Shown here one piece after another: positions 55,731 through 64,000 of a DNA stretch of 64,000 nt. The position numbers were made by a program, and so were the translations under genes. The stretch's first letter is position 1; each line of letters begins with the position of its first letter. Under the pieces are notes generated by a model. That model had not been told where the DNA came from. It was given only the letters and a program-made list of their open reading frames with translations, and searched no databases. This stretch comes from an uncultured Gemmatimonadaceae bacterium (GTDB lineage Bacteria > Gemmatimonadota > Gemmatimonadetes > Gemmatimonadales > Gemmatimonadaceae), in contig CAWAGQ010000007.1 of assembly GCA_963781585.1 (NCBI GenBank), positions 1-64,000 of the forward strand, read 5' to 3'.

Positions 55731-56807
55731 ATGCGCAGCGCACCTCTCGCCCTCCTGTCCGGCATCCTGACCGCCGTTTCGGTCTCCGGTCGCCCGCCCA
55801 TGGCGCCTCCGGTCGCGCCGTGCACCCACGCCGTCACGGCTTGCGAGCGGTGGATCATCTACGGCAGCGGCCCCGCCCGGTCGATGGTCTACTCGAGCTA
55901 TGCGCTCGATGCGCCCAATCCGGCCATCACGCGCGCGCTCATCATGGTGCATGGGGCCGGCCGGAACGCCGACCACTACTTCGAAACGGCCACGTCCGCG
56001 GCATTCCTCGCGGGAGCCCTCGAGAATACCGTGGTCATCGCGCCGCGCCTGATCGCCTCCCCCGACAAACCGCAGCCGGACGAGGTCGTGTGGCCGAACG
56101 GTCGCAACAGTTGGCGAGCCGGCGGGGTGTCCCCGTCGAATCCAACCCTCACGTCGTTCGACTTCGTCGACGAGATCGTGCGGAAGCTCGCCAACAAGAA
56201 GACGTTCCCGAACCTCACCCGGATCGTCGTCACCGGCCATTCGGCCGGCGGCCAGTACACGACCCGTTACGAGATGGCCAACAAGGTCAACGATACCCCC
56301 GGCGTGTCGATCACCTACGTGGTGGCCAATCCGTCGAGCTACGCCTGGCCGGCCGCTGTGCGGCCGCTTCCCACCGGAGACGCCGATCCCGCGACCGCCG
56401 ACAAGGAGGCGCTGGGCCGGGATGGCGAGAAGGTGCACACCCAGTTCAGCTACGGGCCGTTCGACTCGACCAGGGTGCGCAACTACAACCAGTGGCCCAT
56501 GGGACTCGATGATCTGGCGGGGTACACCGAGAAGATGACCGCCGATCAGCTGCGCCGGCAGCTCGCCCAGCGCCCCACCACGTACCTGCTGGGTCAGGTG
56601 GATGTCCTCCCGCTCGGCGGATTCGATTCGTCGCCGGCCGCGATGGCGCAGGGTCCGACGCGACGGGCGCGGGGCGAAGCGTTCGTCAAGTATGTCGACG
56701 ATTCGCTCGGCGCGAAGCACACCGCGATCATCGTTCCCGAGTGCGGCCACAACGACCGCTGCATCTTCACGACCGATATCGTGTTTCCGGTGATCTTCCC
56801 GAAGTAG
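55731..56807 (+). CDS. Secreted alpha/beta hydrolase
   Basis: VHGAGRNA, GHSAGGQ nucleophile motif, ANPSSY and CGH; GAGGAG RBS. Confidence 0.85.
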   Translation: MRSAPLALLSGILTAVSVSGRPPMAPPVAPCTHAVTACERWIIYGSGPARSMVYSSYALDAPNPAITRALIMVHGAGRNADHYFETATSAAFLAGALENTVVIAPRLIASPDKPQPDEVVWPNGRNSWRAGGVSPSNPTLTSFDFVDEIVRKLANKKTFPNLTRIVVTGHSAGGQYTTRYEMANKVNDTPGVSITYVVANPSSYAWPAAVRPLPTGDADPATADKEALGRDGEKVHTQFSYGPFDSTRVRNYNQWPMGLDDLAGYTEKMTADQLRRQLAQRPTTYLLGQVDVLPLGGFDSSPAAMAQGPTRRARGEAFVKYVDDSLGAKHTAIIVPECGHNDRCIFTTDIVFPVIFPK

Positions 56808-56894
56808 CGCAGTTCGCCCCGAACGATCACTGTGGGCCACCGCGTCCGGCGGGGCCGCACGCCGAAGCGTCCCGCGAGCCGGCCGGCCAACCAC

Positions 56895-56947
56895 TTGACA
56901 GTCTAGTGATGAGCGCAGCATCTTGCGCCAATCACTAGACCGTCTAG
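56895..56947 (+). promoter_or_regulatory. Promoter and PadR operator
   Basis: TTGACA at 56895; inverted repeat GTCTAGTGAT-20 nt-ATCACTAGAC; palindrome CTAGAC-C-GTCTAG just before the ATG. Confidence 0.7.
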
Positions 56948-56949
56948 CC

Positions 56950-57291
56950 ATGGTGCCCATGTCCGGCAAGCACGCGCCGCTGCTGCAAGGGACGCTCGAC
57001 CTGATCGTGCTCCAGCTCCTCAGGGCCGAGCCGACCAACGGCTACGATCTGAGCCTCCGCATCCAGGCCATCTCCCGCGACGTCCTGAACGTGAACGCCG
57101 GATCGCTCTACCCGGCGCTCTATCGCCTCGAGGAACGCGGCCTGGTGCGCGCGGCATGGCAGGAGACCGGAACCGGCCGGCGCGCGAAGGTCTACTCCGT
57201 TACCGCCGCCGGCCGCCGTCACCTCGCCGCACAGCGTGAGAACTGGGGGCGGTTTTCCGCTGCCCTGACCGCCATCCTCAAGGTCGACTGA
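56950..57291 (+). CDS. PadR family transcriptional regulator (ADOP-associated type)
   Basis: LLQGTLDLIVL...NGY...GSLYPALYRLE...GRRAKVYSVTAAG. Confidence 0.92.
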   Translation: MVPMSGKHAPLLQGTLDLIVLQLLRAEPTNGYDLSLRIQAISRDVLNVNAGSLYPALYRLEERGLVRAAWQETGTGRRAKVYSVTAAGRRHLAAQRENWGRFSAALTAILKVD

Positions 57292-57304
57292 CCGGCGAAC
57301 GGCC

Positions 57305-59992
57305 ATGCTGCACCGGATTCGCCTGTGGCTGCGCGTGCTCCTCCACGCCGAGGCGCTCGAGGAGGACATGGACCTGGAGATGCGGCAGCACCTCGACCGC
57401 GCTACCGAGCGCTTCGTCGCCCGCGGCCTGTCGGTGCGCGACGCGCGGAGAGAGGCACGCCGGGAATTCGGCGATTTCGATGATGTCCGCGACGAGGCGC
57501 GCAACGCGCGCCGGGGACGTACCGCCATGGAACGATTCATCACCGGATTCCGTCAGACGATCCGCCGCCTGGTCCACGAGTGGCGCTTCTCGGCTGCCGT
57601 CGTGCTGGTGCTGGCGGTGGGAATCGGGCCGACCGCCGCGATCTCCTCGGTGGTCTACGAGATTCTCATCCGGCCGCTCGAATACCGCGACCCCGACCGT
57701 CTCGGATTGGTTCGCATCACGCTGGGACAGATCGAGAACCATCCCGGTCTGTCGCAGGGTGAGGTGCTCGACCTGCGACGCGCCGACCTGTTCGAGAGCG
57801 TCGAAGCCGAGGCCCGGCTGGATGAGGCCTCGCTGGGAACGGCGCCCGATCTGGTCCCGCTGCTGCGAATCGGAATCAGTCCCGGCATGCTCTCCATGCT
57901 CGGCGTGAAGCCGATCCTCGGTCGCGACTTTCTCGAGGAGGATCTGTTCACCCCTCCGCCTCCGGGGCAGGCGCGTCCCCAACCGGGTGCTCCGGGGGGA
58001 GCCGTTCCCCCGCCGCCGCCAATACGGGTGCTCCTCGATTACGCGACGTGGCAGAACCAGTTTGGCGGCGCAGGCGACGTGATCGGGCGATTGCTGCAAC
58101 TGAACGGCAATCGCGCCGAAGTGATCGGCGTCCTGCCGGATGGCTTCCGTCTGGTCACCGGGCGCGGCGTCCCGCAACGCGTGGACCTCTACTATCCCAT
58201 CCGCCTGACCGAGTACCGGAATTTCTGGGGACAACCGACGCTCGTCAGGCTGAAGCCCGGGACGACGTTTGCCCAGGCCGAAGCGAGGCTCGCCTCGATC
58301 GCGACCGCGATGAAGAGCGAACATCCCGACCTGTATCCGGACCAGCTGCGACTCACCGTGACGCCGCTCCTCGCCGACATGACCCAGGCGGCGAGACCGG
58401 CGCTTCGCGCAGCGGCGGCAGCGGTGCTGCTGCTCTTCATCATCGCGTTCGCGAATGCCACCGCATTGCTCGTGGCGCGCCTCAAGACCAGGGAAGTGGA
58501 TGTGGTGGTACGCTCGGCCCTCGGCGCACGATCGGGCGCGCTGGTTGGCGAGGTGGTGCGCGAAAGCATCGTCCTGGCCGCGGCCGGTGCGGTGGTGGGA
58601 GCCGTGCTGGCGATGGCGGCGACGATCGGCATCCGCGGGATCATTCCGAGAACCGTGCCCCGATGGGACCAGATCGGCGTCGGTTGGGAGCAACTGCTGT
58701 GCGCCACCGCCCTCACCCTCGCAGGGCTCCTTCTGCTCGGCGTGATCCCGGCGTGGAGAATTTCGCGCGGTCCCGACTTCAGGATCCTGCGGTCGGGATC
58801 GGTGCAGGGCGGGAAGGCCGAGGGCGCACTGTCGCGACTCGTGCTGGTGGGTTCGCAGATGGCCTTCACGGTGGTGCTCGGATTCGGCTGTGTGCAGCTG
58901 GCGCGCAGCGCCGTCGCGCTGCGGCGGGTCGACCTGGGCTTCGACCCCAACGTGCTCACGCTCCAGGTTCCCTACGACTTCCGGCGTTACCGGTCGGACA
59001 CCGCACGGGCGCTGCTCTATCAGCACATCCGTGATCGCGTGCGACAGGTGCCCGGCGTGACGGCGGTGGGCGTCACCACGCACATCCCACTAAGCGGATC
59101 GATGATGATGGATGGCTATGAGGCGGATCTTTCGAAGGAGCCGTCGTTCAACCAGTCGGCGAACTACCAGGGCGTGACGCCGGGGTACTTCGCGGCACTG
59201 CGAATCCCGTTCGTGGACGGTCGCGACATCACCGATGTCGAGGATGCCGCGCAGCAGCCGGTCATTGTCGTCGACGAGTCTCTGGTGCGCACGGTATTCC
59301 CGGGTGAGCAGCACGTCCTTGGCCGGGTGCTCCGGCTGGGGTGGGGGTTGCAGAACGCGCAGATCGTGGGAGTGGTGCGGCACGCACGGACCGTGGACGT
59401 GACGCGCGAAGTGCGCCCACAGATCTACGCGCCGATCGGGAACCTGTTCCAGCAGGCGGGGATCGTGACCGTGCGCGCCTCGGTCGATCCGCGATCGCTT
59501 TCGAGCGCGATCATCAGCGCCATCAACGAGGTGGGGCCCGGACGCGCGGTGTCGAAAGTCGCGATGCTGACCGATAACGTTTCGGCTGCGACCAGTACCC
59601 TCCGTGCGGTGACGGGACTCGTCACGCTCCTCACCCTGTCGGCGGGACTGCTTTCGGCGGTTGGCCTCTATCTCGTGATGGCATACATCATTCACCAACA
59701 TCGTCGCGCCACGGCCATCCGGTCGGCACTCGGCGCCACTCCGCGACGCGTGATGTGGGAGCACTGCAGGACGAGCGGTCTCGTCGCCGGAGCCGCGCTT
59801 CCCGCGGGTGCGCTGCTGTCCCTGGCGGTGGCGCCGTTCTTCGGTGATCTGGTGTATCGGGTTGCTAATCGCGATCCCGTCAGCCTCTCGGGCGCGATCG
59901 TGCTGGCCGCCGTGGCCGGCCTGCTCGGCACGTACCTTCCGGTCAGAAGATCCGCCAACGTGAATATCCTCAACACGCTGCGGGAGATGTAG
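57305..59992 (+). CDS. ADOP-type duplicated ABC permease with N-terminal prefix domain
   Basis: Prefix EEDMDLEMRQHL...GLS..DARREARREFG, two FtsX repeats and a Pro-rich insertion. Confidence 0.88.
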   Translation: MLHRIRLWLRVLLHAEALEEDMDLEMRQHLDRATERFVARGLSVRDARREARREFGDFDDVRDEARNARRGRTAMERFITGFRQTIRRLVHEWRFSAAVVLVLAVGIGPTAAISSVVYEILIRPLEYRDPDRLGLVRITLGQIENHPGLSQGEVLDLRRADLFESVEAEARLDEASLGTAPDLVPLLRIGISPGMLSMLGVKPILGRDFLEEDLFTPPPPGQARPQPGAPGGAVPPPPPIRVLLDYATWQNQFGGAGDVIGRLLQLNGNRAEVIGVLPDGFRLVTGRGVPQRVDLYYPIRLTEYRNFWGQPTLVRLKPGTTFAQAEARLASIATAMKSEHPDLYPDQLRLTVTPLLADMTQAARPALRAAAAAVLLLFIIAFANATALLVARLKTREVDVVVRSALGARSGALVGEVVRESIVLAAAGAVVGAVLAMAATIGIRGIIPRTVPRWDQIGVGWEQLLCATALTLAGLLLLGVIPAWRISRGPDFRILRSGSVQGGKAEGALSRLVLVGSQMAFTVVLGFGCVQLARSAVALRRVDLGFDPNVLTLQVPYDFRRYRSDTARALLYQHIRDRVRQVPGVTAVGVTTHIPLSGSMMMDGYEADLSKEPSFNQSANYQGVTPGYFAALRIPFVDGRDITDVEDAAQQPVIVVDESLVRTVFPGEQHVLGRVLRLGWGLQNAQIVGVVRHARTVDVTREVRPQIYAPIGNLFQQAGIVTVRASVDPRSLSSAIISAINEVGPGRAVSKVAMLTDNVSAATSTLRAVTGLVTLLTLSAGLLSAVGLYLVMAYIIHQHRRATAIRSALGATPRRVMWEHCRTSGLVAGAALPAGALLSLAVAPFFGDLVYRVANRDPVSLSGAIVLAAVAGLLGTYLPVRRSANVNILNTLREM

Positions 59993-60013
59993 CGCCCGAC
60001 AGGCCGACCCGGT

Positions 60014-61918
60014 CTAGTTCTGTCCCGTCCGGGTCGCCGTGCGCATCCGCAGCCCGGGCGTGCATAACGATGCCAGGATCGTCGGAGTCTGACCGGCTGC
60101 CGTGATCGTCCAGTTCGACACGGCGTTCGCCGCCGGCGCCCACGAATCGTCCCACCCGTTCACACCGCCGAAGTCCGGCGTGACCAGCCCGACTGCCGCG
60201 CCGGTACCCGTCCAACCGACGGTGGCCGTCATCGACACCGTGTTCCGAACACCGGTCAGCGGGAAGTAGGTGAGCGCGACGAAGACGTTGTAGTCGGCCG
60301 CCAGAATGAACGCGCTGTTGAGCCGCTTGTACGCCCCCGACGCCTGAATGACCGCCGGCGCAATCTCCGGCGGCAGGTCGATCGCGCGATCCGCCATGGA
60401 GTGGAACACCTCGGTGACGCTCCGCGTGCCGGTCGTCGCTGTGGTCGCCCCGACGCTTACCATGTGCATGTCGCCCGCCCGCATCCTGGCGTCAGGAATG
60501 CCCACGAGCAGGAAGGGAGAAGTCGCCGGCGAGTACCCGGTGAGCGCCGACGCGTCGCACGACGCCCCGCTCAGGAACACCACGCTCGAGGTGATGATGC
60601 TGCCGGCCGCCACGCCGTTCAGGGTGAAGTTGCCCGTCGCGGCGGCAAACGACTCGGCGCCTGATACGTCGAGCGTGCCGACATTGGTGTTGTGCACCAG
60701 AGTCTGGTCCTGGCGAATGAGCCCCCGATCCTGCGCGCTCGGCGCCGACGTGCTGCGGAATACCACCAGATCGTGCGCCCCGTCGGGCACGTTGGACAGA
60801 GTGAAGTTGGGGAGAGCGGGCGATGCGATGCCGGGCCGCCCGCCCAGGTATACGTTCGCCGCCTCACCGCCGCTCAATCCCGCGACCGTGCCCGTGATCG
60901 TGCGCGTGGGCGGGGCCGCCGCGTTGCAGAAGTTCGTCGGCGCACCGCCGGCGCTGACCTCCGCGCGCGTCCCGAAGAAGACCGTCGTGCTGTGCGTGGC
61001 GCCCGCCTGTTGCGGCGTGACGTAGGCGTAGCCGCCTTTGGCCTGGGTGATCGTGAAGGTATACGTGTCATTCGTTCCTGTGACACGCACCCAGGTGCCC
61101 GACTCGCCGTCCAGGAACGCTACCCAGACTGGCCTCTGCGCGACGTTGCACTGCGAGAAGTTGAGCGTCACCGATCCGCTCCCGCCACCGGTGGCGGTGA
61201 TCGTGACCGCGACCGCTACCGTCTGTTGCGTGGCGCCGGAGGCTGTGCCGCGGACAGTGAGGTTGTACGTACCGGTCGCGAGGCTGGCGGTGGCCGTGAG
61301 CGTGAGCGTGGAGGTGGCGCCGGTGACGCTCGTGGGGTTGAGCGAGGGCGTGAGTCCTGCCGGCGCACCTTCGACGGTCAGAACAACCGCGCCCGCGAAT
61401 GGCGCGGTGCGGGAAATGGTGAGCGTGGTCTGCCCGTTGGCGCCTTGCGCGAGCGAGAGTGCCGCCTGACTGACCGAGAGCGTGAAGCTGCCGTTTCCTC
61501 CACCGCTGCTCGTGAGGCTGAGGGTGAGCGTGGCGCTGATCGTCTTGACGCCCGAACCGGATGCGCTGACGGTAACGGTGGATGATCCCGCGGTCGCCGA
61601 GTTTCCCCCCGCGAACGTGATGACGGCGGTGGTGGTCGTACCGTTCGTGTTCTGGGTGTTCGAGGCTACGGTCACTCCGGTCGGCAGGTTCGCCACGCTG
61701 AACGTCACCGCTCCGCTGAATGTGCCGGTCCGCGTGACCGTCGCCGTCACGGCACCTGTGCCTCCGATCGCGACGCTGACGACCGAGAGATCGAGCGACA
61801 TGGCAATCGAGCCCGAGCCCGGACCGGACGAATCACCTCCTCCCGAGCAGGCGAACAGCGCGCCGACGGCGAGGAGCGCTGCACGGCGGACTGCGCGAGC
61901 GAACGGCGTGGCGTGCAT
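60014..61918 (-). CDS. Thr/Gly-rich surface lipoprotein with tandem Ig-like domains
   Basis: LFAC lipobox; two repeats of VT.T.TR...F.GAV..V...P.G.T; GAGGAG RBS before ATG 61918. Confidence 0.7.
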   Translation of the reverse strand: MHATPFARAVRRAALLAVGALFACSGGGDSSGPGSGSIAMSLDLSVVSVAIGGTGAVTATVTRTGTFSGAVTFSVANLPTGVTVASNTQNTNGTTTTAVITFAGGNSATAGSSTVTVSASGSGVKTISATLTLSLTSSGGGNGSFTLSVSQAALSLAQGANGQTTLTISRTAPFAGAVVLTVEGAPAGLTPSLNPTSVTGATSTLTLTATASLATGTYNLTVRGTASGATQQTVAVAVTITATGGGSGSVTLNFSQCNVAQRPVWVAFLDGESGTWVRVTGTNDTYTFTITQAKGGYAYVTPQQAGATHSTTVFFGTRAEVSAGGAPTNFCNAAAPPTRTITGTVAGLSGGEAANVYLGGRPGIASPALPNFTLSNVPDGAHDLVVFRSTSAPSAQDRGLIRQDQTLVHNTNVGTLDVSGAESFAAATGNFTLNGVAAGSIITSSVVFLSGASCDASALTGYSPATSPFLLVGIPDARMRAGDMHMVSVGATTATTGTRSVTEVFHSMADRAIDLPPEIAPAVIQASGAYKRLNSAFILAADYNVFVALTYFPLTGVRNTVSMTATVGWTGTGAAVGLVTPDFGGVNGWDDSWAPAANAVSNWTITAAGQTPTILASLCTPGLRMRTATRTGQN

Positions 61919-62162
61919 GACTCCTCTGGCGCGAAGGTTGGCTACCCCAGTCAATGCGCCAAAGGCGGGCAGAAACCGTCAGCGGGGCGGCCGGCTCCTG
62001 GGCAGCGCCCGTTCGATCGGGTCGATCACGACCGCAACGTCAACGGAAGCCGGTGATCGGTTCACGATCAAAGAGGCCGGACTCCCGTCCGCGCGACGAA
62101 CTCGTCCCGATACACCATCCCGGGCGAGCCGACGCGTTCGACGCCAGGTCTGTTTCGCGCGC

Positions 62163-62435
62163 CTATTTGTACAGGGTGGAGAGGACCGCTCCGGCATCGG
62201 CGTCCTCGAGGACCGGCGTCGTCTGCAAGGGCAGGAATTCCGCCCACTCGGCCACCCAGGCGCAGAGCGCCTTTGCATCACTCGTGTCGACGACAGCGAA
62301 CCCGGCGCCGCTCATGCCGTGCCATCGGCCGATCAGGTTCACCCCTGCGGGCGGCATGCCGCCGCCCTTGAGGAAGCGCGCTACGGCCGGTCGAAAAGTG
62401 TTGGGTGGCAGGGACCAGGAAACGACGAATTTCAT
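62163..62435 (-). CDS. DUF3303 family protein
   Basis: MKFVVSW...ARF...PPAGV.LIGRWH...GFAVV...W...TPV.ED. Confidence 0.75.
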   Translation of the reverse strand: MKFVVSWSLPPNTFRPAVARFLKGGGMPPAGVNLIGRWHGMSGAGFAVVDTSDAKALCAWVAEWAEFLPLQTTPVLEDADAGAVLSTLYK

Positions 62436-64000
62436 GGCCGACTTTGGTCGGAGAGGACAACGTGCGTCTCGTTCACCGACCATACTTCCAGCCTCGCGTC
62501 AGCGCCAGACGTCAGGGCGCCAGCCGGCAAATTCAGGATCCGACGCCGCCATCCGGTGCCGGTGGCTCGGCATCCATCCGGCCGCGCACCATCGTCTCGG
62601 GAGTGCCGAGCAGGATGTGGTCCACCGCCTCGACTCTCTGCAGCGCAGAGCGATCCTGGTTGGACACCTCGTACCTCCGTGGTGTTTCGCGCCGAGGATT
62701 CCCGGCTGGCTGCCGCGAGCCGATGTCCCGCCTGGCGAATCACGTCGGGAGGCCGCACGCCGCGACGGATGTGCCACCACCAGCGGTTCGGCCCCGCACT
62801 ACCGCGCTCCAGCACCACGTGTCCCGAGGCCTCATCCACCCACGTTTGGCCGCCAATGCCGCGCTCGATGACCACTACCGCAATCGGCGCCTCCCTCTGC
62901 CACAGCGTGTCGCGACGAATGACGCGTAATGAGTCGAGTCGCGTCGCGACAGGATTGGGTCCGAACAGGCTGTAGACCGGCGCCACGAACTGCTGTCCTG
63001 CGGCCGGGTTGGCGGCGGCGATCGCCGCATGAATCGCGAGGCCTCCATAACGCTCGCCCGTCGCCGGAGCATCGAACAGCGCCGCCGGTTTCCCCGCCGG
63101 AACGACCCATCCGGTCACGCGATCGGCCGTAACGAGCATCGACGCCGAGTCACCGGGAGCGCGCACGGTTTCCACCTCGGTCGCCAGCGAACCGGGCGAC
63201 GTGCGCGAATACTGAATTGCCGTGACGGTGCCGAGCGAATCGAACCAGGTGTCCTGCAGCGCCCACCGCTGACCACTGGTGCGCGCGACAGCGCTTACCA
63301 CATAAGCTCCATTGCCGCGTCGTATTTCACCGCCCACCGAGCTCTCATAGGTGTCGAGGGTATCGGTTCCGACGGTCAGCGTAGCGGTTCGCAGATAGCC
63401 CAGGGGACCGGCGCCCGGACCGCCGGTGACCAGACGCTCGCGTCGCGTTGTGATGTCATACACGTAGATGCCCGACCACCCGTCCACCCGCTTCGCATAG
63501 GCAAGCTGCCGACCGTCAGGAGACGGTTTCACAGTCGGCACGACGGCGGCGTCCACCACTCGGCGCACCACGGTATCTCGCGCACCCTTCATATAGATGG
63601 CGCGTGCGCCATCGCGGTCGGACTCGAAAAAGGCAAACTGACCGCTCCTGGTCCAGATGGGAGCCGAATCGCCGGAGTGAATCCCGTCAACCGGCGACAA
63701 TCCCGATCCGTCAGTCCGGATCGCGACCGGGCGCTCGCCGTTCCGTGCCGCGCTCATGTCGGCCGGACTCATCTCCTTCCACAATCGCTTCGGATACGGC
63801 ACCTGACTGAACGTGATCGTCTTGCCGTCGGACGACCAGCGCGGTTCCTCCGCACCATACGAGGAGTCGGTGAGTTGCCGCATTCCGGAGCCGTCACTGT
63901 GAACGATGAACACGCGGTCGCGCGTCTCGCTGTTGTCAGGCCGGCCCTGGAAGACAATCTCCTGGCCGTCAGGCGAGAACGAGGCCTCGTAATATCCACC
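62432..64000 (-). CDS. TolB-like PD40 beta-propeller protein, 5' end outside the window
   Basis: The frame is open to the window edge; repeats SFSPDG, PRWSSDG, FESDRDG and PSPDGRQLAY. Confidence 0.8.
   Translation of the reverse strand, partial: GGYYEASFSPDGQEIVFQGRPDNSETRDRVFIVHSDGSGMRQLTDSSYGAEEPRWSSDGKTITFSQVPYPKRLWKEMSPADMSAARNGERPVAIRTDGSGLSPVDGIHSGDSAPIWTRSGQFAFFESDRDGARAIYMKGARDTVVRRVVDAAVVPTVKPSPDGRQLAYAKRVDGWSGIYVYDITTRRERLVTGGPGAGPLGYLRTATLTVGTDTLDTYESSVGGEIRRGNGAYVVSAVARTSGQRWALQDTWFDSLGTVTAIQYSRTSPGSLATEVETVRAPGDSASMLVTADRVTGWVVPAGKPAALFDAPATGERYGGLAIHAAIAAANPAAGQQFVAPVYSLFGPNPVATRLDSLRVIRRDTLWQREAPIAVVVIERGIGGQTWVDEASGHVVLERGSAGPNRWWWHIRRGVRPPDVIRQAGHRLAAASRESSARNTTEVRGVQPGSLCAAESRGGGPHPARHSRDDGARPDGCRATGTGWRRRILNLPAGALTSGADARLEVWSVNETHVVLSDQSRP

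Noticed and set aside
1..64000. tRNA, rRNA, integrase, transposase or prophage genes
   Set aside because: None were recognised by eye; a covariance-model scan would be needed to exclude small RNAs.

Overview
A high-GC, gene-dense 64-kb bacterial chromosomal segment. The gene content (four ADOP-type duplicated permeases, PadR regulators, many secreted peptidases, a DUF305/LVIVD pair) suggests Gemmatimonadota or a similar soil/sediment lineage; this taxonomy is inference only. The outstanding element is a tightly coupled minus-strand operon of seven genes (48763 to 40450). It encodes two multiheme lipoprotein cytochromes c, a predicted outer-membrane beta-barrel, a 16-heme periplasmic cytochrome, a 9-heme C-terminally anchored cytochrome, a Rieske protein and a cytochrome b, with 42 CXXCH plus 2 CX4CH motifs in total. 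It looks like a complete quinol-to-cell-exterior electron conduit: a porin-cytochrome module genetically joined to a Rieske/cyt b complex that has no cytochrome c1. Also present are a four-gene type IV minor-pilin cluster preceded by a perfect CRP-type box, two VapBC-type toxin-antitoxin modules with clear operators, a Uma2 nuclease, MATE, MscS and ABC transporters, a cNMP-domain histidine kinase, S9/S10/M1/S12 hydrolases, and a small rearranged island (about 50.9-52.5 kb) with duplicated fragments and a protease remnant. No rRNA, tRNA, CRISPR array, integrase or transposase was recognised. All family calls come from motif recognition by eye, without database searches.
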